This document shows, piece by piece, positions 56,904 to 64,000 of a stretch of 64,000 nucleotides of DNA. Source of the DNA: a virus. Numbering within the stretch: position 1 is the first letter of the stretch; each line of letters begins with the position of its first letter. The stretch lies in IMG/VR virus record IMGVR_UViG_3300043411_001575, positions 32,001-96,000 of that record, one strand, 5' to 3'. The position numbers were made by a program, and so were the translations under genes. The notes under the pieces were generated by a model. It made no database searches and was not told where the DNA came from. It worked only from the letters and a program-made list of their open reading frames with translations.

Positions 56904-57188
56904 ATGAGCAAAGCAGGATTAACAAAATTTTTAGCAAAGTTCCCAGATGACACTAAAAGCTGGGCTAAAGCAACAGATGAAGTTCGTGATATTGCACGAA
57001 CAGCAAAAGAATATTACAATGAAATAGAAGGCAAAGATATTCAACCTTGCGATTTCCGTTCAATGAAAACGCCTTCCGAATGGAACACAAAAGGTAAAAG
57101 CTACATTTTTAAAGTGTATGATAAAATGAGTGCAAAAACAAAAACAGAGTTTAACGGCTATTTGAAAAGCCACTTTAATATTAAATAA
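56904..57188 (+). CDS. cassette hypothetical protein
   Basis: ORF after cassette promoter 56831. Confidence 0.75.
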   Translation: MSKAGLTKFLAKFPDDTKSWAKATDEVRDIARTAKEYYNEIEGKDIQPCDFRSMKTPSEWNTKGKSYIFKVYDKMSAKTKTEFNGYLKSHFNIK

Positions 57189-57189
57189 A

Positions 57190-57348
57190 ATGGAGCAACT
57201 ATCTGTAACCGATTATGCAAAATTGCTTGGCGTAACTCGTCAGGCGATTTTGTTACAGATTAAAGAAAAAAGGTTGCCGAAAAATGTTACAGCAAAAAAA
57301 ATCGGGAACACTTATCTACTATCTGTGCGTAGGCAAAAAAGAAAATAA
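57190..57348 (+). CDS. small HTH DNA-binding protein, copy 3 (52 aa)
   Basis: MEQLSVTDYAKLLGVTRQAIL. Confidence 0.85.
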   Translation: MEQLSVTDYAKLLGVTRQAILLQIKEKRLPKNVTAKKIGNTYLLSVRRQKRK

Positions 57349-57474
57349 ATGGTTTTGGAATGTTTGCTAACGGTGTGGGCTATGAGAAGTAAAACCCCTT
57401 TTTGTGCGGTGGATTTTGTAAATTTGTAATTATTAACTAAAACCTTTCGGAGTATAGGAAACCGAAATAAAGTT

Positions 57475-57720
57475 ATGGCAAAATCAGTAGCAATTTTTCA
57501 AGAAAAATCATCTAAAACAGGAAGTTTTATTGGTGATAAAATTTATTATTACAAAACAAAAAATCCTAATTGGTGGTTTGTTTCAGTTGGCAAAGCATAT
57601 TTAGGGACTGTGCCTGAATACGGAAGCGGAACAGGGCAATTTAAAAACAAGAAACAATACCCGACTATTGCTTCATTGGAAAAATACCACAAAGAAGATA
57701 ATATTCACAGAGTAGATTAA
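57475..57720 (+). CDS. hypothetical protein
   Basis: ORF followed by terminator. Confidence 0.75.
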   Translation: MAKSVAIFQEKSSKTGSFIGDKIYYYKTKNPNWWFVSVGKAYLGTVPEYGSGTGQFKNKKQYPTIASLEKYHKEDNIHRVD

Positions 57721-57730
57721 TGTTATTTAT

Positions 57731-57765
57731 GTAGTGGCTATGCCTTATTGTAGCCACTACTTTTT
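57731..57765 (+). terminator. intrinsic terminator
   Basis: GTAGTGGCTA-loop-TAGCCACTAC TTTTT. Confidence 0.8.
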
Positions 57766-57833
57766 AATCTTTTCACAGTTTTGAAAAAACTGAAAGAGTG
57801 CGTGGGCTTTTTCTTTTTTAATAATTTAATTGC

Positions 57834-57926
57834 CACTAACGTTGAAGGGCTTGGCGAAGGTGGGCTTGTAGGATGCTCAATTTTAGCAGAATGTTTCTGC
57901 CCACTTTTGCCAAACCCGTGTTATAT
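57834..57926 (+). repeat. attC-like hairpin 18
   Basis: GGGCTTGGCGAAGGTGGGC/GCCCACTTTTGCCAAACCC. Confidence 0.85.
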
Positions 57927-57996
57927 GAAGTGCCGACTTATTTACGTTGAAGCCAAATTGGAACACTAAACAGAAAAACAAAAAGAAAAAAAAGGG

Positions 57997-58809
57997 ATGG
58001 AATTAAATAAAATACATTTAGGAGATTGTTTAGAAGTAATGAAAACTTTGCCAAATGAAAGCATTGATTGTATTGTTACTTCACCGCCATATTGGTTACA
58101 AAGAGATTACGGATGGGATGGACAATGGGGTATGGAAGAAACGTTTTATGAGTATTTGGATAAATTGTTTTTAATGATGGATGAAGCAAAACGAATATTG
58201 AAAAACGATGGAACTATTTTTGTAAATATTGGCGATGGCTATGCAAGAACAGGTGGAAAATCATTAGGTAAAAAACAACCAAACGCTTTATTGTATGCAA
58301 CACAAGAAGGGATAAGGGGCGGAAATAACAAGGGAGTTGCAGGAATACAAGATAAAACATTACTACAAATACCATATCGTTTTTCTATTGGCTGTATTGA
58401 TAGAGGATGGATTTTGCGAAACAATATAATTTGGTTTAAAAGAAACGCAATGCCCGAAAGTGTAAAGGACAGATTTACAAAATCACACGAAGTAATATTT
58501 ATGTTTTCTAAAAACAAAGAATACTTTTTTGACGAAAAATTTGTAACACAAGATGTTTGGGATATTCCTTTAACTCCTAACGGCACAAAACATATAGCAT
58601 CTTACAATACTGATTTAATTGGCAGACCTATTGTTTGCGGTTGCAGAAAGGGTGGAATAGTATTAGATATGTTTTGCGGAGCAGGAACAACAGGAATAAG
58701 AGCATTAGAACTTGGGAGAAACTTTATAGGGATAGATGGTAAAAAGGAATACGTTGATATGGCACAACAAAGAATTAATGATATTGTATCACAACCACAA
58801 TTATTTTAA
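57997..58809 (+). CDS. N4-cytosine DNA methyltransferase
   Basis: TSPPY, NIGD.Y, W.K.NAMPESVKDR, VLDMFCGAGTT. Confidence 0.92.
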   Translation: MELNKIHLGDCLEVMKTLPNESIDCIVTSPPYWLQRDYGWDGQWGMEETFYEYLDKLFLMMDEAKRILKNDGTIFVNIGDGYARTGGKSLGKKQPNALLYATQEGIRGGNNKGVAGIQDKTLLQIPYRFSIGCIDRGWILRNNIIWFKRNAMPESVKDRFTKSHEVIFMFSKNKEYFFDEKFVTQDVWDIPLTPNGTKHIASYNTDLIGRPIVCGCRKGGIVLDMFCGAGTTGIRALELGRNFIGIDGKKEYVDMAQQRINDIVSQPQLF

Positions 58810-58881
58810 AAGTGCGGTGGCTTTTTTCTTTTTGTTTTTCCTTCACGGAACTTCAATTGGAAACGGTCAGCAAGGCATTTC

Positions 58882-58949
58882 ATATAACGACCGTGTGTTT
58901 ATGTCAGGTTTTGCTTTTCGCAAAACTTGCATTAAACACAATGTTAGCA
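58882..58949 (+). repeat. attC-like hairpin 19
   Basis: TGTGTTTATGTCAGGTTTTGC/GCAAAACTTGCATTAAACACA. Confidence 0.85.
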
Positions 58950-59059
58950 AAGTGCGTTGGCTTGTGGGTGGCTCGTTGTATTTAATAAAAAAGAAAAAAA
59001 GGAAGGCGTGTGTTGGCTATTTTAATTTGTAAATTTGTATAAACATAAATCATATAAAA

Positions 59060-59896
59060 ATGAGTAGATATAATAATAGTGGAGATATTGAAGAAGTTTT
59101 ACCGAAAGAGGTATTACAGAAAATAAAAGACAAATTCAAAGCAAAGAGTTTTAAAAAACTTGGTTCAGGTAGATATGGAAGTGCTTTTAAAATAAGTCCA
59201 AAAAAGGTTTTGAAAATCACAAAAGATTTGAAAGAGTATGAATATGCTAAAAAAATTGAAGGACTGAAAAATAAACATATTGCTGATGTTTATGAAACAT
59301 ATCACTTTGAATATGGCGACACAAAGTATGCTGTAATAATTAAAGAATATTGCAATATTGGAGAAGCATATTTTGATAAACTAATAGATAGTTTTGCTGA
59401 ATACACGGGAAACGAAATGTCATTATCATTTGTTTCATCTGAATTTTTGCACGGAGATTTATCAAAGGCGGTTTTTGATAACTACTTTAAAAAGTATAAG
59501 CAAAATCAAGGTTACGCAACAGGATTTGCAGATGATTGGCAAGAAATGATAATGGAATTAAAGAACAAAAAAATCTATGTTAAAGATTTTAACGGTGCTA
59601 ATATTGGAACGAAGCCGAGTAATAATAACATCTGCATCATTGAACTTGGATTAGGTTATTGGGAAACCATAAAATTACCTGATGCAGACAAAATAATATT
59701 AAAGGAAGGTGGAACTATAATTGGAAATTTTGAACCGCTTGGCTCTGCAAAAGAATTAGGAATTAAACCGAAGATTGAGGGACACGATATGATTGCCATT
59801 TGTGATTGTGGAGAAAAATTTAGTTACCAAAACTCAAAGAAGAATATTGTTTGGGAATGTCCTGAATGTAAAAGAAGAAATAAGATTGTAGAATGA
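59060..59896 (+). CDS. protein-kinase-like enzyme with C-terminal Zn ribbon
   Basis: LGSGRYGSAF, VLKIT, KDFNGANIG, IELG; CDCG...CPEC. Confidence 0.8.
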   Translation: MSRYNNSGDIEEVLPKEVLQKIKDKFKAKSFKKLGSGRYGSAFKISPKKVLKITKDLKEYEYAKKIEGLKNKHIADVYETYHFEYGDTKYAVIIKEYCNIGEAYFDKLIDSFAEYTGNEMSLSFVSSEFLHGDLSKAVFDNYFKKYKQNQGYATGFADDWQEMIMELKNKKIYVKDFNGANIGTKPSNNNICIIELGLGYWETIKLPDADKIILKEGGTIIGNFEPLGSAKELGIKPKIEGHDMIAICDCGEKFSYQNSKKNIVWECPECKRRNKIVE

Positions 59897-59969
59897 TTTT
59901 AAACCTTTTCACAATTTTGAAAAAATTGAAGGGAGCGTGGGCTTTTTCTTTTTTATTAAATACAATGTT

Positions 59970-60299
59970 TGCTAACGCATATCGGCTAAACGCAGTATTT
60001 AAAAACTTTTGCGAGGGAAATTCGTAAATTTGACAATTATAAACAATTAAAAAACAAAACAAAATGGCAACAGAAAAAAAGTATGCGGTTTTCGCTACAT
60101 TCAAAACAACAGGTAGAGAAAGTGAAATGACACTACCTATGACAAAAAAAGAAGCTGAAAAGGCTTTATCTGCTTTAAAGGAAAAATCAGCCGAGTTCAA
60201 AAAATTGAACTTTAAAGGATTTAAGATAAAGGCAGTTTAATTATCTCATTAGTGCGGTGGGAAAGTTTTTAAATATTGTCGTTTTAGCCGTTGTTATGC
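59970..60299 (+). repeat. attC-like hairpin 20 with gene in loop
   Basis: CGGCTAAACGCAGTATTTAAAAACTTT...AAAGTTTTTAAATATTGTCGTTTTAGCCG. Confidence 0.8.
60064..60240 (+). CDS. hypothetical protein nested in attC-like loop (58 aa)
   Basis: MATEKKYAVF...KIKAV; TAAATTTG upstream. Confidence 0.7.
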   Translation: MATEKKYAVFATFKTTGRESEMTLPMTKKEAEKALSALKEKSAEFKKLNFKGFKIKAV

Positions 60300-60357
60300 G
60301 AAGGTGTGGCAATTCCAAAATTTCAAATTATAGACAAAACTTTCTTGCCACACTTTT

Positions 60358-60488
60358 GCATAACGTTCCGAGTATTGGAGCAGTGCGGATTTAAACCACA
60401 AATGTTGATATAAAAAATGAAACTTAAATAAACCGATAACCTTTATTAGAAGCACTAAACCCGCATTGCTTACAATACTGTGTTATAG
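60358..60488 (+). repeat. attC-like hairpin 21
   Basis: AGTATTGGAGCAGTGCGG/CCGCATTGCTTACAATACT. Confidence 0.85.
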
Positions 60489-60540
60489 GGAGTGTTTTTA
60501 AAATTTTAGCGGGGATAATTACTAAATTTACAATAAAAAA

Positions 60541-60930
60541 ATGTCAGCAAAATCATATCAAGCACCTGCCAATAAAAAAGTTTATAGAGCAGAAAAAAAA
60601 GGAGTAAAAGGAAACTGGTTTGCATTAAGTAAAGATGATGCAATAGGTTACGGAAATTTTGGTTACAAAATTGTTTCAAAATCAATAGGAGGCAAGAAGT
60701 TTTTATATGCTTCTGAATTAGAAGATGGCGGAACTTATTTTGATACCATAATCAAAAAATTCCCTAAACTTTTCAAAATAAATAAAGGTATTTTATGGAA
60801 TGACTATGAATTGAAAGTATCTCCAAGTGAACTATGGAGAGAGTGTGAAGCATTTTTAAAAAAAGAAGGTTATTCTGGAATATTTACAGGGAAGAAACTT
60901 TCTATTGATTATGAACTTTTTTTGTTTTAG
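60541..60930 (+). CDS. cassette hypothetical protein, possibly ADP-ribosyltransferase-like
   Basis: VYR...GNWFA.....A..Y...GYSGI pattern; weak. Confidence 0.55.
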   Translation: MSAKSYQAPANKKVYRAEKKGVKGNWFALSKDDAIGYGNFGYKIVSKSIGGKKFLYASELEDGGTYFDTIIKKFPKLFKINKGILWNDYELKVSPSELWRECEAFLKKEGYSGIFTGKKLSIDYELFLF

Positions 60931-60959
60931 GTGCGTGGGAAAAATTTTAAAAACATTTG

Positions 60960-61306
60960 CTATAACGTATATCGGCTAAATGCAGTATTTAAAAACTTTT
61001 GCGTGGGAATTTAATTCGTAAATTTGATAATTATAAACCAATAAAAAACAAAATAAAATGGCACAAACAAAAAAAGAGAAACGAGTAATTGCAAGAGCAA
61101 GATACATCGTTGAAGTATTCGCAAAAAGTCATTATGATTCAAGAGATTTGTTTAAGAAAATGACTAAAGAAGAAAAGAAAATAACCATTGATTACATCGA
61201 GAGAATTGGCGAAAGTGCCGTTAGTAGGTATTTATATCAATGGTATTAATTCTCTCATTAGTGCGGTGGGAAAGTTTTTAAATATTGAGTTTAGCCGTTG
61301 TTATGC
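60960..61306 (+). repeat. attC-like hairpin 22 with gene in loop
   Basis: Same arms as hairpin 20, different gene. Confidence 0.8.
61058..61249 (+). CDS. hypothetical protein nested in attC-like loop
   Basis: ORF. Confidence 0.7.
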   Translation: MAQTKKEKRVIARARYIVEVFAKSHYDSRDLFKKMTKEEKKITIDYIERIGESAVSRYLYQWY

Positions 61307-61364
61307 GAAGGTGTGGCAACTGCAAAATTTCAAATTATAGACAAAACTTTCTTGCCACACTTTT

Positions 61365-61432
61365 GCATAACGTTTTGCAGCTAAACGCTGATTTTGTTCT
61401 TCACAAAATTTGCGATTTAGGTGCTGTTACCT
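61365..61432 (+). repeat. attC-like hairpin 23
   Basis: GCAGCTAAACGCTGATTTTGT/ACAAAATTTGCGATTTAGGTGC. Confidence 0.8.
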
Positions 61433-61602
61433 GCTGATGCGGTTTCATAGTACAAATGCTGATTTGGAACATAAAACTAAGGGTTTAATTTTTTTCTTTT
61501 TTTTAGTGGAGGAAAACTTTTTCTTTTTTACTTGCTAATTGACAATTTATGTTTATCTTTGTAGCATATAATTTAACAATAACAATTTAAAACAAAAACA
61601 AA

Positions 61603-61896
61603 ATGGCTGACATCGCATTACCAAAATCAAACCTTTACCTTGAAGGTAGCGGACTTGACACAAACGGAAACAAAGTTGTAAAACTTGGAATTTCAAGTTT
61701 ACCGAAAAACTTTAGTATTCAAACTAATGGCAATTTGCCGAAAACTGGAAGTATCCTTCGTGGCTTGAAAACCAAAAAGGATATGGAAAGCGTGAGTAAA
61801 TCCGATTTGCAAATAATTTCAAAAGAAGTTGTTGCATACATTAAGGAGTTTGGCTCAAAACTGCAAAGAGAAAAATTAAGAACTTACAACTCTTAA
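61603..61896 (+). CDS. cassette hypothetical protein
   Basis: ORF after cassette promoter 61529. Confidence 0.75.
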   Translation: MADIALPKSNLYLEGSGLDTNGNKVVKLGISSLPKNFSIQTNGNLPKTGSILRGLKTKKDMESVSKSDLQIISKEVVAYIKEFGSKLQREKLRTYNS

Positions 61897-61898
61897 TT

Positions 61899-62063
61899 AT
61901 GGAGCAACTATCTGTAACCGATTATGCAAAATTGCTTGGTGTAACTCGCCAAGCAATTTTGTTACAGATAAAAGAAAAAAGGTTGCCGAAAAATGTTACA
62001 GTTAAAAAAATTGGTAATACTTACTCCTTATCTGTGCGTGGGCAAAAAAAAGAAAAAAAATAA
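61899..62063 (+). CDS. small HTH DNA-binding protein, copy 4 (54 aa)
   Basis: MEQLSVTDYAKLLGVTRQAIL. Confidence 0.85.
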   Translation: MEQLSVTDYAKLLGVTRQAILLQIKEKRLPKNVTVKKIGNTYSLSVRGQKKEKK

Positions 62064-62113
62064 ACCCGACTTCTACCACAAATGTTCATTCGGAGCAACA
62101 AAGTAGCATTTGC

Positions 62114-62188
62114 AGGTAACGGACGAGGCTATGAGCAGTTGAGCGTAGCCTGTGCGATGGAAAGAATTGCTTATAGCCTGTGTTATGC
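62114..62188 (+). repeat. attC-like hairpin 24 (loop holds an empty GTGCGATGG site)
   Basis: AGGCTATGAGCAGTT/AATTGCTTATAGCCT. Confidence 0.85.
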
Positions 62189-62277
62189 AAGTGCGTTGGC
62201 TTGTGGGTGGCTCGTTTCAAAACTCTTTTTCTTATTTTTTAGGGAGGGATTTTTATTTTCTTTTTTAACAACAAAAA

Positions 62278-62484
62278 ATGGCTGATTCAATCGGTGGCTT
62301 AGAAGGCACAAAAACTAAATTTTTCATAGATGTAAAAGTTCCTATCAGAGCAGGGATGGAGTTTGGCACAAAGAATTATAAAATAAGAACAATCGGATAT
62401 GAGGTTTTTCGACAATACTTTGATACTAAAGAAAAGGATATGCAAGTAGGTAGGCAAAGAATTGAAAGAAAAATAAATAACTAA
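62278..62484 (+). CDS. cassette hypothetical protein
   Basis: ORF inserted ahead of cassette promoter. Confidence 0.6.
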   Translation: MADSIGGLEGTKTKFFIDVKVPIRAGMEFGTKNYKIRTIGYEVFRQYFDTKEKDMQVGRQRIERKINN

Positions 62485-62562
62485 CTTTTACTTGCTAATT
62501 GACAAATTATGTTTATCTTTGTAGCAGATAATTTAATATTAACAATTTAAAAACAAAACAAA

Positions 62563-62733
62563 ATGGCAAAAAGTAGTTATTACAAGTACGCAGTTGTAGC
62601 GGTAAACACAAAAACAGGTGAAGAAAGTTTAGTATGCAAAGTTCGTGCTGCTGGGGACTTAAACAACATTTTACACGGATTAGAAAAAGCAGTAGGAAGC
62701 TCTCCTATTAAATACAAATCTAAAAAACTGTAA
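62563..62733 (+). CDS. cassette hypothetical protein (56 aa)
   Basis: MAKSSYYKYAVV...; after promoter 62489. Confidence 0.7.
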   Translation: MAKSSYYKYAVVAVNTKTGEESLVCKVRAAGDLNNILHGLEKAVGSSPIKYKSKKL

Positions 62734-62735
62734 AA

Positions 62736-62957
62736 ATGGAACTATCTGTAACAGAATATGCAAAATCGCTTGGCGTAACTCGTCAGGCGATTTTGTTACA
62801 GATTAAGGAAAAAAGGTTGCCTAAAAATGTTACGGTTAAAAAAATTGGTAATACTTATTCTTTATCTGTGCGAGGGCAAAAAAAAAATAAGAAAAAGAGT
62901 TTTGAAATGTTGCATAACGTTATCAGGCTTGGCGAAGTGCCGCTACTCGAAACTTAA
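62736..62957 (+). CDS. small HTH DNA-binding protein, copy 5 (reads through into next hairpin)
   Basis: MELSVTEYAKSLGVTRQAIL; longer A tract shifts the stop out of frame. Confidence 0.85.
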   Translation: MELSVTEYAKSLGVTRQAILLQIKEKRLPKNVTVKKIGNTYSLSVRGQKKNKKKSFEMLHNVIRLGEVPLLET

Positions 62958-63006
62958 ATTTTAGCACTAAACTATCCTGCGGCATTTTGCCAAACCCGTG
63001 TTATGG
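62912..63006 (+). repeat. attC-like hairpin 25
   Basis: GGCTTGGCGAAGTGCCGC/GCGGCATTTTGCCAAACC. Confidence 0.85.
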
Positions 63007-63051
63007 GATAGTTTTAAAAACCTTTTAGGGTGGGCATTAAAAAACGAAATA

Positions 63052-63510
63052 ATGATAATAGCAATTGATTTTGACGGAACTTGCGTAACACACGAATTTC
63101 CCAAAGTGGGCAAAGACATTGGTGCTGTGCCTGTATTGAAAGAGTTGGTTAAAAATAACCACCAATTAGTTTTGTTTACAATGAGAAGTGATATAGTTAA
63201 TCCAACTGGCGAGGATAACGAATTGCACCTTGAAAGTGGGAACTATTTAACTGATGCAATTGAATGGTTTAAACAAAACGAAATACCGCTTTATGGAATA
63301 CAAACCAACCCGACACAGCACACTTGGACTACAAGCCCAAAAGCATACGCACAACTTTACATTGATGATGCTGCTTTAGGTTGCCCACTTTTGGTTGACA
63401 TTGTAAAAGATGGTGACGAAAGCATTAAGCAAGTTGGACGACCTTATGTTAATTGGGAGAAGGTAAAAGAAATGCTAATTGATAAAGGAATTATTGATGA
63501 TGAGGACTAA
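63052..63510 (+). CDS. HAD-superfamily phosphatase
   Basis: IAIDFDGT, LFTMR, K..A.LYIDD. Confidence 0.88.
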   Translation: MIIAIDFDGTCVTHEFPKVGKDIGAVPVLKELVKNNHQLVLFTMRSDIVNPTGEDNELHLESGNYLTDAIEWFKQNEIPLYGIQTNPTQHTWTTSPKAYAQLYIDDAALGCPLLVDIVKDGDESIKQVGRPYVNWEKVKEMLIDKGIIDDED

Positions 63511-63542
63511 CCCGTGCGGTGGGAAAAGGTTTTTAAAATTTC

Positions 63543-63908
63543 CCATAACGGTTCGTGGCTATAAGAAGTAAAACCCATTTTTGAGCGGTGGAAAATTTCG
63601 TATCTTTGTAACGCAATATTGCAAATAAATATAATACTTTAAAAAATGGGAAAAAAAATTGCTTACGTTATTATGGGTGGCGATGATTATGTAACAGAAT
63701 CTTCATCATCAAGGAACAATGGATATGCTTTTACGCATAATCTACAAGGTGCAACTTTTTTTGATTCCAAAGAAAAAGCAGATAATTGTATTAAAAACAA
63801 AAATCTCGAATTTCATCTTGGAAGAAAAGTAAAAGCAAAAAAAGTTTCATTGGTTTAATCTAAGCGGTGCGTTGGCAGGGGTTTTATTTCTTATAGCCCC
63901 TGTTATAG
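63543..63908 (+). repeat. attC-like hairpin 26 with gene in loop
   Basis: Same arms as hairpin 13, different gene. Confidence 0.8.
63646..63858 (+). CDS. hypothetical protein nested in attC-like loop
   Basis: ORF; TATCTTTG upstream. Confidence 0.7.
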   Translation: MGKKIAYVIMGGDDYVTESSSSRNNGYAFTHNLQGATFFDSKEKADNCIKNKNLEFHLGRKVKAKKVSLV

Positions 63909-63923
63909 CATCGTTTTAATGTG

Positions 63924-64000
63924 CTATAACGGTTTGCGTATATGAGAAGTGGCACTTGCACGAACTTAAAATTTAGCACAAATGTTTCTGTGCCATTTCT
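63924..64000 (+). repeat. attC-like hairpin 27, truncated by window end
   Basis: AGAAGTGGCAC/GTGCCATTTCT. Confidence 0.75.

Larger units (their letters stand above)
57365..57840 (+). repeat. chimeric module: attC-like left arm, nested gene, cassette-type right end
   Basis: Left end matches 55621-55710; right end resembles 59905-59955 and finishes GCCACTAAC. Confidence 0.7.
45254..64000 (+). mobile_element. integron-like gene cassette array (27 YAAC ends, 26 GTTR starts); continues beyond window; no integrase seen
   Basis: Regular alternation of YAAC-G-spacer-stem-loop-stem-T-GTTR hairpins with GTTR...YAAC cassettes whose ends are complementary; all genes on + strand. Confidence 0.88.

Noticed and set aside
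3421-60200. Antisense ORFs in the track (e.g. 5432, 10940, 17382, 23494, 34967, 40372, 43744, 49672, 58239, 59820)
   Set aside because: Shadow frames opposite well-supported genes
46845-62285. Short + strand ORFs spanning hairpins (46845, 48085, 50674, 55929, 56628, 57781, 58736, 62082)
   Set aside because: Translations of repeat arms and T tracts with weak starts and no A-rich leader
49049-63877. GTGCG motif as group II intron 5' ends
   Set aside because: No domain V consensus, no reverse transcriptase, and segments are far too short
45254-64000. CRISPR array
   Set aside because: Repeats vary in sequence and length, are separated by whole genes, and no cas genes are present
1-64000. Stop-codon reassignment
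   Set aside because: Genes tile densely in code 11, TAG and TGA end normal-length genes, and no suppressor tRNA was found

Overview
AT-rich, densely coding 64 kb segment that looks like a large (jumbo-type) phage of a Bacteroidota host. Evidence: TAnnTTTG promoters, A-rich leaders without Shine-Dalgarno, SSB, RNA ligase, NADAR, DnaQ, ParB, many HNH/GIY-YIG genes and standard genetic code; no virion genes fall in this window. Three things stand out. (1) 25 minus-strand tRNA genes covering all 20 amino acids are split into three operons (Pro/Phe/Gln; His/Ser/Ser/Tyr/Leu/Leu; the other 13 amino acids). Each operon is preceded by a promoter, a short leader ORF whose codons are those read by that operon's tRNAs, an antiterminator/terminator pair and a boxA-like motif, i.e. 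apparent ribosome-stalling attenuation of phage tRNA operons. (2) A very short, circularly permuted (two-piece) tmRNA gene at about 32.8-33.0 kb. (3) From about 45.25 kb to the window end, an integron-like array of 27 YAAC...GTTR (attC-like) hairpins alternating with cassettes whose ends are complementary. It carries 7 DNA methyltransferases, 5 promoter+HTH modules and many small genes. Non-canonical features are top-strand G-T folding, start codons supplied by the attC loop, genes nested inside attC loops, an inner GTGCG(G)TGG junction, empty cassettes and no integrase in the window. All calls were made by eye; coordinates may be off by a few bases.
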